A DNA stretch of 64,000 nt from Octopus vulgaris (Eukaryota), in NCBI GenBank assembly GCA_951406725.2, contig OX597835.1, positions 40,548,001-40,612,000 of the forward strand. The letters run 5' to 3'. The number at the start of each line of letters is the position of its first letter. Positions within the stretch are counted from its first letter, which is position 1. The notes under the pieces were generated by a model, which worked only from the letters and a program-made list of their open reading frames with translations, was not told the DNA's origin and searched no databases. A program made the position numbers and the translations under genes. Positions 24,681 through 37,152 of the stretch are shown piece after piece.

Positions 24681-26351
24681 ACATTGAACGCAATTTTACA
24701 TTTCATTCTTCCAGGGTGGATTATATAAAGTACCAGCCAAGTACTGGGGTCGATATTAGCTGACTTCCCTTTCCCCACAAAGCTAGGCCCCCCCCTGGCC
24801 TAAGTAAGAAATTCACTATTTTTATCTTCCTTCCAGATATTCTTGACCACCATCACATAATGTGCAGTTACCATGTATCTCCTCTATAGCAAGACACCTG
24901 GGCTTGACCATTGAAAAGTGGACATTAACACAATAATGATGTTGATCATGATGATGGTGGTGGTGGTGTATGGATGTATTTCTTCATGTTTGTAAACCTT
25001 ACTAAATGAATAATTAAAAATGTATCATCATCATCATCATCATCATTCAGCATCTGTTTTCCGTGCTGGCATGGGTCAGATGGTTTGACTAGGACTGGTA
25101 AACTGAAGAGCTGTACCAGGCCCTAGTCTGGTTTGGCTTGGTTTTACAGCTGGATGCCCTTCCTAATGCCAACCACTCCAAGAATGTAACAGGTGCCTTT
25201 TTACATATCACAAACACGGGTGCCTTTTATGTGTCACTGGCACTGGTCACAACTACAATTTCACTTGGCTTGACCACCTCGTCCCATGACTTCCTGGGTT
25301 TACCGCTTCCACAGGTTCCCTCCACAGTTAGGGATCAGCACTTCTTTATGGCCTTGTCTGCTTCAGTCAAATGAAGATTAATCAAATCAAAGCCTTGTAT
25401 TAACACTAAAGTTCTAAAACAAATGTTAACCATTGTAAGTGTAATGAATAGGTGTGGGTATGTGTGTGTGCATTGAGGTCATTTAAGTACTAAAAGACAT
25501 TAACAAAATCAAAGAATCAGAATCAAAATCGATCAACATCAATGGAAATTGTAGCTGTGATACCAGTGCCGGTGGCACGTAAGAGAACCATCCGAACATG
25601 GCCATTGCCAGCGCCGCCCCGACGGGCCTCCGTGCTGCTGGCACGTAAAAAGCACCATCCGACCGTGGCCATTTGCCAGCCTCATCTGCCACCTGTGCCG
25701 GTGGCACGTAAAAAGCACCCACTACACTCACGGAGTGGCTGGCGTTAGGAAGGGCATCCAGCCATAGAAACACTGCCAGATCAAACTGGGCCTGGTGCAG
25801 CCTTCTGGCTTCCCAGATCCCAGTTGCACCGTCCAACCCATGCTAGCATGGAAAGCAGATGCTAAATGATGATGATGATGATGATGATGATGCTTTTTGA
25901 AGACAGTGTGGCACATTAGCACCAACCATATTCCAGTAAATGTTTTAATCCATAAATTCTATAAATCAAAACCAAATCTTTTATTTTCCTTGTTTCAGTC
26001 ATTAGACTGTGGCCATGCTGGGGCAACACCTTGAAGGGTTTAGGCAAACAAATTGACCCCAGTGCCTTTTTCTTTTTCAAGCCTGATACTTATTCTATCT
26101 GTCTCTCTTTGCCGAACCAATAAATTACAGGAACGTAAACAAACCAACAGTGGTGGCAGACAAATACTGACACAAAGACACACATACATAGGTGTGTATA
26201 TGTGTGTATGTGTATGATAGGTGTCTTTCAGTTTCTGTCCACTCACAAGGTTTTAGTTTGCCTAGGGCTATAGTAGAAGACATTTGCCCAAGGTGCCACA
26301 TAGTGGGACAGAACCTGGAACCAAGCTTCTTACCACACAGCCACACGTGTA

Positions 26352-26503
<152 letters not shown>

Positions 26504-26644
26504 AATACATATAAATACTCATATATAAATATATAAATACATATATACACACACACACACACACACATATATATGTTTTACATGGTATGGCACCTGTAAA
26601 GAACAAGCCTGTATATATGGATGGCAGCAAAAATAATGGCTTAC

Positions 26645-27253
26645 TTTCTGCCAAATATTTTGCTTATGATTGCAAACATAAATGTTATAAGAGTTGTCAG
26701 TGATTCTGGCTGTTGCTGGAACCTTACTGCTGAGGTTGTATACTGTGACCATTGTAACGAAGAGATTCAAAGAAATCAATGTCCCCGTTTTGAAGCCTTG
26801 AATTGTTTCTTGAGGGTTTACTTCTGCTTGGCAGGTTGGACACGATACTAAAGACACCAATGTCTTCAGGCAGTTGTGGCTGATTGATACATGTTTCTTG
26901 TCTTCTGTCTTTCTGGAGAAATCTATTGGTACTGAGAAAACATTCTGGACTTTGATGTTTTTTTCTTCAAGACATGAGAAACTGGTGGAATGATTGACAA
27001 AATCTTTCTGTGCTGGTTCACTTTCAGAATAAGGTGTGAGTTCAGAAGATAAAGGACCTGAAGATGATATTTGGTTGGTGCTTGGTTTTATGGTAACAAA
27101 ATGGTTATCAGCCAGTAACAGATTTGGTGTAAATGGTTGGTGTAATGGTGCCTCTTCTTCACAAGGTTCCTGTTTAATCTGAACTGGTGATTGAAAACCA
27201 GAATCTCCTTGTTTATTCAGATCAAATGGGGTCTCTGACAGCTTTCGCAAAGG
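26645..27253 (-). CDS. THAP-domain protein, exon 5 (3' boundary uncertain)
   Basis: ttttgcAG acceptor; [10 protein letters not shown]...IKQEP...SCPTCQ...; candidate donors AAA|GTAAGC (26645) or A|GTAAGG (~26728). Confidence 0.7.
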
Positions 27254-29644
27254 CTGCAAAATAAAAGTATAATAAATAAAAATATAATAAATATATACCT
27301 ATTTCTTTACTACCCACAAGGGGCTAAACACAGAGAGGACAAACAAGGACAGACAAACGGATCAAGTTGATTACATCGACCCCAGTGCGAAACTGGTACT
27401 TAATTTATCGACCCTGAAAGGATGAAAGGCAAAGTTGACCTCGGCGGAATTTGAACTCAGAACGTAACGGCAGGCGAAATACTGCTAAGCATTTCGCCCG
27501 GCGTGCTAACGTTTCTGCCAGCTCACCACCTAATAACAAATATATACCATTAATTAATTAATATATTAATGGTATATAATAAATATATACCATTAATATA
27601 TTATTGAAAGTTTACATTGAAGCTTTAAAATGAACAATGAAAGTCACAATTTTCCATTTGCAATGATTTAAAAAAGATCATCATCTCCTTTATACATGTA
27701 GCCTCATTTATCACTGATTCAGGATAACATGGCATGCTCAACTATAAGCCATGTTATGCTTAGCATGGCTTGATCTCTGATTCTGCATGTACCACAAATT
27801 CGTGTCTCAGTCACCAGCCACAATGTACTGAATTTTTCTTGTGTTTGCATGACGGTGGTGTGAAGCAGTATATGTTTTTACATGGATTTGCATACTGTTG
27901 CTCATCAGCATGAGACTAGTGAACACAAAAATAGGTAGGAAGGAAGGAAGTATGTATGCATATGAGTATGTGTAACACACCATACTAATCATATCTGTTG
28001 GGCATGTGGAAGAGAGTGTAATTCAGCAGGAGGACTTAAATGAAAGGCAGGGAGCTGGCAGAACTGTTAGCACACCGGGCGAAATGCTTAGCAGTATTTT
28101 GCCTGCCGTTACGTTCTGAGTTCAAATTCCGCCGAGGTCGACTTTGCCTTTCATCCTTTCGGGGTCGATAAATTAAGTACCAGTTTTGCACTGGGGTTGA
28201 TGTAATCGACTTAATCCGTTTGTCTGTCCTTGTTTGTCTTCTCTGTGTTTAGCCCCTTGTGGGTAATAAAGAAATAGGAGGACTTAAACGACATGCAAAG
28301 GTACATGAAGCCCAGTTACAACTACAGCCGACTGTTACCGTTAAAGGTTTTAGCTGCCAATTCTGTTCCAGACATTGTAGATCTTTAGCTGGGCTAAAAA
28401 GTCACATTTGATCACAGCACCAGTAACAGTTAAGCTTCGTGCAATGGCCATACTCGATAACGAGGGGGCAGCCATAATAATGCATATGAGTATGTGTATG
28501 CTTATATCTCTTTGCCTTCACATCAGGTGAGAGTTGCAAAATACTTGTCTGTTGGTCAAACAGTGTCATTCATTTCCAATACTCTGTGAAAACATGTCTG
28601 GCCACGGGGAAATATTATCTTGCTTGGAAACAGATGAAGGTTGGTGATAGGAAGAGCACCAGACTGCAGAAAATTTACCTTAATAAACTTCATCCAACCA
28701 ATGCAAGCATGGAAAAGTGGACATGAAAACGGTTACGATAATGATGATGTGTATTGTAGGGTTGGATTGTGAGGCTGACAGCAAATGTGGAGGCGCTTTC
28801 AGTAGGATTACCACTTGCAGAACCATCATGGTTGAGAAGTGAAGGAAAGGATGTTTCTGCAAAGCTGGTAAAAATTCTTTGGACAAAAGACCAAAAGGAT
28901 TGTATGTAATTTGGGTGGTTTGAGAATTTGTGGGCTGATCAAATACTTTTACAGATTCATCATCATCATCATTGAAGTCGAAATCAAACTCGGTGACTGG
29001 CATCCGTTGCTAGTGGAGCACTAAGAGTACCATACGAGTGAGATTGTTGCCAGAGCAACAAGCTGGCCTTCGTGCTGATGTCACGTTAAACGCACCATTC
29101 GAGTGTGATCATTACCGCGTCGCCTTACTAGCACTTGTGCTGGTGGCATGTGTAAAAACATTCGAGCGAGGTCATCGGCAGTGCTGCTGGACTGGCTTCT
29201 GTGCAGGTGGCACATAAAAAGCACCATTTGGCCGTGGCCGTTGCCAGTACCACCAAACTGGCACATAAAAGCACCCACTACACTCTCAGAGTGGTTGGCG
29301 TTAGAAAGGGCATCCGGCTGTAAAAACTCTGCCAGATCAGATTGGAGTCTGGTCCGCCAGACCTTAATCAAATCGTCCAACCCATGCTAGCATGGAAAGT
29401 GGACATTAAATGATGATGATGATGATCATCATCATCATTGTTTAACGTCCATTTTCCATGCTAGCATGGGTTGGATGGTTCGACCCGGGTCTGGGAAGCC
29501 AGGAGGTTGCACCAGGCTCCAGTCTGATCTGGCAGTGTTTCTACAGCTGGAAGCCCTTCAGAAAATAAAGTCTAACTGTTAACCTTTAGTTCTTTTAACT
29601 GTTTTACTAAAGATCTAATGAAAGAAATAGAAAGTAATATTTAC

Positions 29645-29714
29645 CGGAATACGAAGTCTTGGAGTGTTGTTGTCTTTCAGTGGTTTAACCAGGTGGGAGT
29701 TTGTGTTAGAATTA
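29645..29714 (-). CDS. THAP-domain protein, exon 4 (70 nt)
   Basis: cctttttAG acceptor, CCG|GTAAAT donor; (N)NSNTNSHLVKPLKDNNTPRLRIP; supplies the phase 2 to 0 bridge needed between exons 3 and 5. Confidence 0.75.
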
Positions 29715-31072
29715 CTAAAAAGGAAATTGGAAAACAAAATTATTTAATAAAATGTTTTAACAAAATGATTTCAAATTTTGGCACAAGGCCAGTAATTTTA
29801 GGGGAAGTATTAAGTCAATTAATTGGTTACAGTACTTGATTGGTATTTTTTAATCAACTCACTTTTCCTTGGCCCAGTGGTTAGAGCATCAGGCTCACAA
29901 TCACGAGATAGTTAGTTCAATTACTGGATTGGGCTGTGTTGTGTTCTTGAGCAAGGCACTTTATTTCACGTTACTCCTGTTCACTCAGCTGTAGAAATGA
30001 GCTGCAACGTCATTGGTGCCAAGCTGTAACGGCTTTTGCTTTTCCCTTGGATAACATCAGTGGCATGGAGAGGAGAGGCTGGCTTGCTTGGGCGACCGCC
30101 GGTCTTCCATAAACAACCCTGCTCAAACTTGTGTCTCAGAGGGGAACTTTCTAGGTACAATCCCATGGTCATTCATAACCAAAGGGGTCTTTTTCTTACC
30201 TTTCCCTGAAAGGATAGATATGTTGGCCCTGGCATGTAAAAAGCACCATTACACTTTCAGAGTGGTTGGCAATAGGAAGGGCATCCAGCTGTAGAAACAC
30301 TGCCAGATCAGACTGGAGTCTGGTGCAGCCTCTTGGCTTCCTAGACCCCAGTTGAAACCGTCCAACCCGTGCTAGCACAGAAAATGGACGTTAAACGATG
30401 ATGATGATGATGATGATGTCACTTGGATTTCTTGGGTATATCTTGGGTATGCAATCAGTAAACAGTTACATGAATATATTACAATAACTGCAGCTCTTAT
30501 CAAGAAAAAGTTGGCAAAAGCAATTCCTAAATGTCTACTTATAATACTGGCATGGGTCGAACAGTTTGACAGGAACTGGCCAGTCAGAAGACTGCACCAG
30601 ACTCCTGTGTCTGTTTTGGCATGGTTTTTATGGTTGGATGCCCTTCCTAATGTCAACCACTTTACAGTGGACTGGATACTTTTTTATGTGGCACCAGCAC
30701 CGGCAGGGTCACTAAGCAATTTGCAAGATAAAAACCCTTTGAGAGGGGAGGAGGCATTAATGGAGGTTGTCTTGTGTCAGATGATGAAAGGTTATAGTGT
30801 GACAGAGAGACAAAAACAGGTATCTTGCTGTAGAGGGGGCAGATGGTTGTCCAATAAAAAAGAAGGGGAAGGAAGGAGAGAGGGATGGAAGTAGGGCAGG
30901 GAGAGAGATCAGGAATGAAAGTGTATGTATACTGTATGTAGAAAGGATTATGTACATGTGCATATAAGAGCCTGAATATTGTACTTTAAAGGCCAAATAT
31001 TTTAAGTGCCTGTGTATTATATGTACTAAGGGGATTTTAAGGGTCAAAGGTAAAAATCACTTAGTGACTTAC

Positions 31073-31295
31073 TTCACACGAAGGTCACTAACAATCTGAT
31101 GTTGGTTTACTTCCTTATTCATTTGGAATGCTTGAGGTTGTCCATTTTTGAAATGTTCCTCTTCTTTCTGTGATGCTTCGTTGTCTGAAGATGATGCTGG
31201 AGTCTTTTGTCTGTGGCAGTTGCTGACATTGCTGTTGCAACTGTCTTCTGTGTTTGGCTTGGAATACGAGTGGTCAATAAGTGGAGACGGGATCT
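31073..31295 (-). CDS. THAP-domain protein, exon 3 (DHSY motif)
   Basis: gatAG acceptor, AA|GTAAGT donor; (E)IPSPLIDHSYSKPNTEDSC...QHQIVSDLRV; open and phase-compatible. Confidence 0.85.
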
Positions 31296-31409
31296 CTATC
31301 GATAGGAAAAGATTAAAACAAAAACAGAGAGAACAAAAAAAAAAGATGAATCAATATTTTCTCTGATTGAGAAGTATTCTGTGAAAATACGTTTTGGTAA
31401 ATTATCAAT

Positions 31410-31915
31410 ATCAAAATAAATATCAAATGGAAATTGTAGTTACGACACCTGTGCCGGTGGCACGTAAAAAGCACCATCCGAACATGGCCGATGCCAGCGC
31501 TGCCTTGACTGGCTTCTGCGCTTGAGGAGACCTATTGAGTCAAGTACATAAACATCGAAATAAATATCAAATGGAAATAGCAGTTGTGATACCTGTGCTG
31601 GTGGCATGTAAAAACACCATCTGAATGTGGTCGATGCCAGCGCTGCCTTGACTGGTTTCTGTGCCAGTGGCACATAAAAAGCACCAACCGATCGTGGCTG
31701 CTGCCAGCCCCCCACTGGCACCTGTGCCGGTGGCATGTAAAAAGAACCCACTACACTCACGGAGTGGCTGGCGTTAAGAAGGGCATCCAGCTGTAGAAAC
31801 GCTGCCAGATCAGACTGGAGCCTGGTGCAGCCTCCTGGCTTCCCAGACCCAGGTCAAACCGTCCAACCCATGCTAGCATGGAAAGCGGACACTAAACGAT
31901 GATGATGATGATGAG
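31410..31915 (+). mobile_element. RTE-LINE 3' tail repeat; further copies at ~4873-5320(-), 6280-6866, 25025-25360(-), 25510-25895, 28975-29425, 29427-29560(-), 32285-32630, 44610-44962, 45875-46125, 50227-50555(-), 58427-58775(-), 62745-62925
   Basis: GGCACGTAAAAAGCACC subrepeats plus GGAAGGGCATCCAGCTGTAG and a (GAT)n tail, matching the 3' end of the LINE at 484-1555. Confidence 0.85.
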
Positions 31916-32979
31916 TACATGTACAAGAATGAACATAGGATATTTTAACCAACAATCAGCATACAATCACACATACATATACATAGATACAAACATATAC
32001 ACACACATAAACAGGCTTCTCTCAGTTTCCAATAATCAAATTTGCTCTCCAGGCTCTTGTGAAATTGAACTCTTTTAGAAAACATTTGCCCAAAGTAGCA
32101 CGTGACAGGATTGAACCTGGAAACACAGAGTTGTGAAGTGAATGTCATAACTACACAGACATGCTTCTGCTTGCTGCTATGTTTGAGCCTTAAATGTATT
32201 GGCATTCAGTTGGATGGAAACATAACAGCAATGTATCATTTCATCTTTTACAATTATTTTTACTATCTTATGAAAATGAAAATGAAAATCAAATGGAAAT
32301 TGTAGTTAAGATACCCGTTCCGGTGACATGTTAAAAGCACCATCCGAACGTGGCCGTTGCCAGTGCCGCCTGACTGGCGTCCGTGTCGGTGACACATAAA
32401 ACTGCCAACCGATTGTGGCCCTTGCCAGCCTCCCCTGGCACCTGTGCTGGTGGCACATAAAAAGCAGCCACTACACTCACGGAGTGGTTGGCGTTAGGAA
32501 GGGCATCCAGCTGTAGAAACACTGCCAGATCAGACTGGAGCCTGGTGCAGCCTCCATGGCTTCCCAGACCCCCAGTCAAACTGTCCAACCCCTGCTAGCA
32601 AGGAAAATAGACGTTAAATGATGATGATGATCTTATATGACTCAATAATGAGTAGGGGACGTTTTGTCATCCCTGATTTCTTGTTGACTTAATTGACACC
32701 AGACATTTTAATGTCTTTCTCTCTCCCTTCCTCCTCCATGTCTTCTCTCTCTGTTTATGTATGTGAGCAGATTTCTCTTCTTGTGTATGAGGAGAGGGAA
32801 AAATAATTATACTAATTGTGTTAAATTAACGCTTTAGCATTTAAGCTGGCCTTATCCAGCCCAAATATGCTCCCTATTATATCTTCAAACTGATCAGACC
32901 CTGGCAACAAGGTAAAACAAGATTAATCCAGAACAATGGGAATAGATAAGCATTACATTTGACAGAGTCAACCTGATGT

Positions 32980-33391
32980 CTTGCAAACAACTTGCACATG
33001 CAAGTGCTACCAGTCAAAAACTCCGCATACCGGAAGCCAGCAAGTGTATGGGGTCATCAGGAGAGAATGCGTGCCGTTTTGGGGCCTACCTCTCGACGGT
33101 ATCAATGCGCACCTGCTAGATCAACTGGTTATCAAATAAAGCTCAATATCCTTCTAGCCATCGCTCATCGTCTCTTTTTAACCAAATCCAGTGGTTAGCC
33201 TTTTCCACTGTAGTTTGGATATCGGTCATGGTGGTATTGACTTTACGATGAGTTAGGCCTAACGATAACAACAGTCGTCTCACACTGTGTCCAACGAAGC
33301 CTCTACATCTGACTTTGATTGGAAAATGTTACGCTTTCCAGCCTGCGTCTTCACATTCTTTGAGGAGGTTTATATAACGGTCGAACTTTCG
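32980..33391 (-). mobile_element. Hero-clade non-LTR retrotransposon 3' remnant, nested in a piggyBac-like MITE
   Basis: RKFDRYINLLKECEDAGWKA*HFPIKVRCRGFVGHSVRRLL...VEKANHWIWLKRDDERW (33143-33391); MITE halves at ~32826-32978 and 33392-33405. Confidence 0.75.
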
Positions 33392-33629
33392 TGCTAAAGG
33401 GTTAATAAATTGTAAAGGGTTTCTCTCCCTCTCTTTGTCTCCCTGTCTCTCATTCTTTCTATCAGTGCCAAAAAAGTACAGTTGTCATCAAAACAGGCTG
33501 AATGTTCAGTCAACCATGTCAAACCATCTGCATCCAAGCAGCAACACCAAATTGTCTCGTTCCGCTTAATAACTGGGTGGTGAGAGTTGACAGTGACATA
33601 AGCAAGATTGAGATATACGTTGATCTTAC

Positions 33630-33898
33630 CTGTTTGGTGTTTTAAGGCAAATTGCGTGGAATCATTGGTTTTTTTTCTCTTCATGGCCTTGTGAGAAGTT
33701 AACGAGGTCTTCAGAGAGTAGTCTGGTATATTGAAAAGTGTTGGCACAGCATTCCATTTCAATCTGTTCTTTGTTACTTTGTTTGAAAACTGATCATCTT
33801 CAAAGTGGTCAGCACAGATGTGGCAATTGTGATTAAGATAAAGAGGGCTTTTGTTGAGCAAATCATCTCTACAAGTATTCTGAACCCATTGTTGGCAC
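33630..33898 (-). CDS. THAP-domain protein, exon 2
   Basis: tttcAG acceptor; (R)CQQWVQNTCRDDL...HICADHFEDDQF...RLKWNAVPTLF completes the C2CH finger and the AVPTxF box; G|GTAAGA donor. Confidence 0.92.
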
Positions 33899-34036
33899 CT
33901 GAAAATAACAGAAAAACAAAAACAACTTGTTTTTATCATCATCATTTAACATCTGTTTCCCATGCTAGCTTGGGTTGGATGGTTTGACAGGAGCGAGCAA
34001 GACAGAGGACTGCTCCAAGCTCCAATATCTGCTCTG

Positions 34037-34452
34037 GGATCTTTTCGGTTTGAACGGCAGTTTTTTCTAGCGGTGTCATATGAAATTGTCACCCATAATT
34101 ATGACCCTAGTATCGATCTATTGCATTTCAATCTCTTTTAGTGTTAGGGTTAGGGGTGGGGAGACGGGTATCTTTTTTTCTTCACAAATGTAAATAAACC
34201 CAATCTGTCTCTTAAACAAGGGACAGATTCATACGGCACAGAATGATTTTTACCTCAATAGACGTCATTGATTGGTTGAAATTGCAGAAATTGAAGAAAA
34301 AAAACAACAAATATCTTACAAACCATAGAATTTTCTCAATAAAGCCAAGAGAAAAGATGTTTTATAAACACATTCTACCAGTATACGAAGTTTAAAATTT
34401 TTTAGTTATCTAGAAATTATGTTAAAAATTGCTGTTCAAACCGGAAAGATCC
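34037..34452. mobile_element. Non-autonomous TIR element with 8-bp TSD (Merlin- or hAT-like)
   Basis: GGATC...GATCC termini; perfect CTGCTCTG duplication at 34029-34036 and 34453-34460. Confidence 0.85.
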
Positions 34453-35163
34453 CTGCTCTGGCATGGTTTCAATGGATAGATGTCCTTCCTAGGGCCAAAC
34501 ACTTCACAGAGTGTACTGAGTACATTTCTTTTTGGTGTAGCACCAGCACTAATGAAATAACTAGGTAATGCGCAAGACAAGACATCTCAATATTAAGGGA
34601 GGTGGCTTTGTGCCAGGTGATGAAGGATAGAAACAGGTATTTTGTTGTATGGAAGATAGATGGTTGTGTTGGAAGAAGAGGATATCGGTGAAGATGTACC
34701 AGGGTGTGCCTTTAAGTTACAGGAAGGTGAACCTAAGAGAAGTGGTATGAGTAGGTAAACAAGTTCACGGGGGCATGAGAAGCAAGTGTCAGTGCAATTA
34801 GTATTTGATCTATTTATAAGCATAAATATTCTAACCCCTAAAAAAAAAAAATTAAATAAAAGCTCTAAATAAGTCAGATGAGGACTATAGTTTATTGAGG
34901 GGTGCAGATGTGACTGGACATATGCCCTTCTTTGCTGTTAATTTGAAGAACACAAAATTCTTACAAAACTACCAAAATAATTGCATATAATTCAAGAATA
35001 AAAATATTTTTTAAATACCACAGTAATTTGTCATTGGATATTTAACAGAACTTTTAACCCAGTTTTTAGATTTTAAATGCAAGAAATTTAAAAACACGTG
35101 TTTTCACATCAATTGTGTTAAATTTCTAAGCGAATTTTTCTGAAAAAATTGGTTTGAACTTAC

Positions 35164-35273
35164 CTCTCTTTATTCTTTGGAAATCTGAAGAAAGACAAAT
35201 CAGGTCGCTTCGATTGACGATTGGAGCAATTAATTGCTGAACAATGATTGTGAGATAATGAATGTGAAGTCAT
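35164..35273 (-). CDS. THAP-domain protein, first coding exon
   Basis: ATG at 35273; MTSHSLSHNHCSAINCSNRQSKRPDLSFFRFPKNKE(R) shows the THAP CxxxxC...F.FP pattern; AG|GTAAGT donor. Confidence 0.92.
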
Positions 35274-35699
35274 TATGTTATACAGTACTGGATCTGATTT
35301 CCAAGAATCCAGGAATACTGTGTAATCTCTTGCAATATACTGGTACCCTATATTGAATTAACAAACCCTGCTTTTGGTTAATTTGCAGACAGTTTGTTAA
35401 AAACTGTTTTTTCCTTTACTTTTTAAAAAGTAGATTGGTAAAGATTAACACATACTGATTTAGAATTGCATTAAATTATACATGTAACTATCAAATAAAT
35501 TCATGTTTTTTTTTTTACTTTTCTTCGTTTAATTTTCGTATGATATATTTTAAGAATTTTAAGTAGGTTAATAGGGGTCAAATAAACCCTGCTTTAAAAT
35601 GTATTCACTAGAATCTGTTAAATACAGTTTATTCCTTTACTTTTCGTAGTTTACTTTATATTTTAAGCTAATATTTATACTGTGTGCAGAAACCCATAA

Positions 35700-35970
35700 A
35701 AAAACAGAAATCCTGGGCATCTCTGATCCCCCAAATGCCGGATGATTGGTCGGTACCGTGCTTAAATCAAGCAAATTGCCCGCTAAGATGGCCGACGTAG
35801 GCACAGGCAGCGGATACAGCAGTGGGTCGGAGGAGTTACGTACCTTAGTTAAAACACTACCATTTTGCTTTGAATGACTTCCGGTGGAAATACGTGGCAA
35901 ATCGACTGCGGCTGCGCACACCTTGCGTCCTCACTATCGACTTCCGGTCCCTTGTCAGCCAAGATGTCAA
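35700..35970. promoter_or_regulatory. Bidirectional CpG-rich promoter shared by the THAP and TMED9-like genes
   Basis: Divergent ATGs ~690 bp apart; local CpG enrichment; two ETS-type ACTTCCGG (35877-35884, 35940-35947); YY1-like AAGATGGC (~35785); putative THAP 5'UTR donor at 35843 and acceptor at 35348. Confidence 0.7.
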
Positions 35971-36141
35971 CGTGGAGCTTGTTCGATTCCAACCACAAAA
36001 TGTTTTCCTTTCACCACCTTCTGCTACTGGTTTGCTGTTGGTGTTATTTTGCGACTTTCTCAGATGCCTTATTTTTCCATATTAAGGAAACCGAAAAAAA
36101 ATGTTTCATAGAAGAATTGCCGGACGAAACGATGGTTGTCG
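35964..36141 (+). CDS. TMED9: p24-alpha transmembrane emp24 domain protein (TMED9/TMED4-like), exon 1
   Basis: Signal-peptide-like segment, then [25 protein letters not shown](G), matching the p24-alpha GOLD-domain start ([25 protein letters not shown]); G|GTAAGT donor. Confidence 0.93.
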
Positions 36142-36273
36142 GTAAGTGGCAGAATATCTTCTCCACCCACAACTGTGTACATTATATATATACACATACA
36201 AGCATATATAGGCACATATATACACGTATATATATATATATATATATACACACGTTTTATCTTTATGTATGTG

Positions 36274-36304
<31 letters not shown>

Positions 36305-36559
36305 CACACATACATATACATTACGTATATCTATATACTTTCATATGTGCACATATGAAAGTATATAGACATACGTAATGTACGTGTGTGTATGTATATA
36401 TATATATATCACATACATAAAGATAAAATGTGTTTTTATATATATATATATATGTGATATGTATATATATATATGTGATATGTATATATATATATGTGAT
36501 ATGTATATATATATATGTGATATGTATATATATATATGTGATATGTATATATATATATG

Positions 36560-36590
<31 letters not shown>

Positions 36591-37094
36591 GTATATATAT
36601 ATGATATGTATATATATATGATATGTATATATATATGATATGTATATATATGATATATATATATATATAAATATATATATATATAAACACACATTTTATC
36701 TTTATGTATGTGATTTATATATATATATATATATATATATGTATACACACATGCATTACGTATGTCTATATACTTTCATATGTGCATCTATTTATCAAAT
36801 GTATAGAGGCTGTGATAATTTTGGAATGATTAATTAATAACTTCTACGCTTTTTCGACTTCCTCCTTTATTTTACAAATATTTTCCTACTTTATTTATTC
36901 TTCCTTCTGTAAAGTTTCTCTCTCTTTCCATCCGCCTACAATTTTTCTCATCTATTTCGTCCACCCAGACTCTTGTCTATCAACATTGTCTAACTATATA
37001 TATGTCTGCTCAGCTGTTTGTCTATCTATCTTTCTATCTATACATATTTTGTCCCGATTTACACATCACCTTCGTTGAATATATACATGTATGC

Positions 37095-37152
<58 letters not shown>

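Noticed and set aside
28760-28870. Alternative candidate for THAP exon 4
   Set aside because: No phase-compatible donor; 29645-29714 fits the phases exactly.
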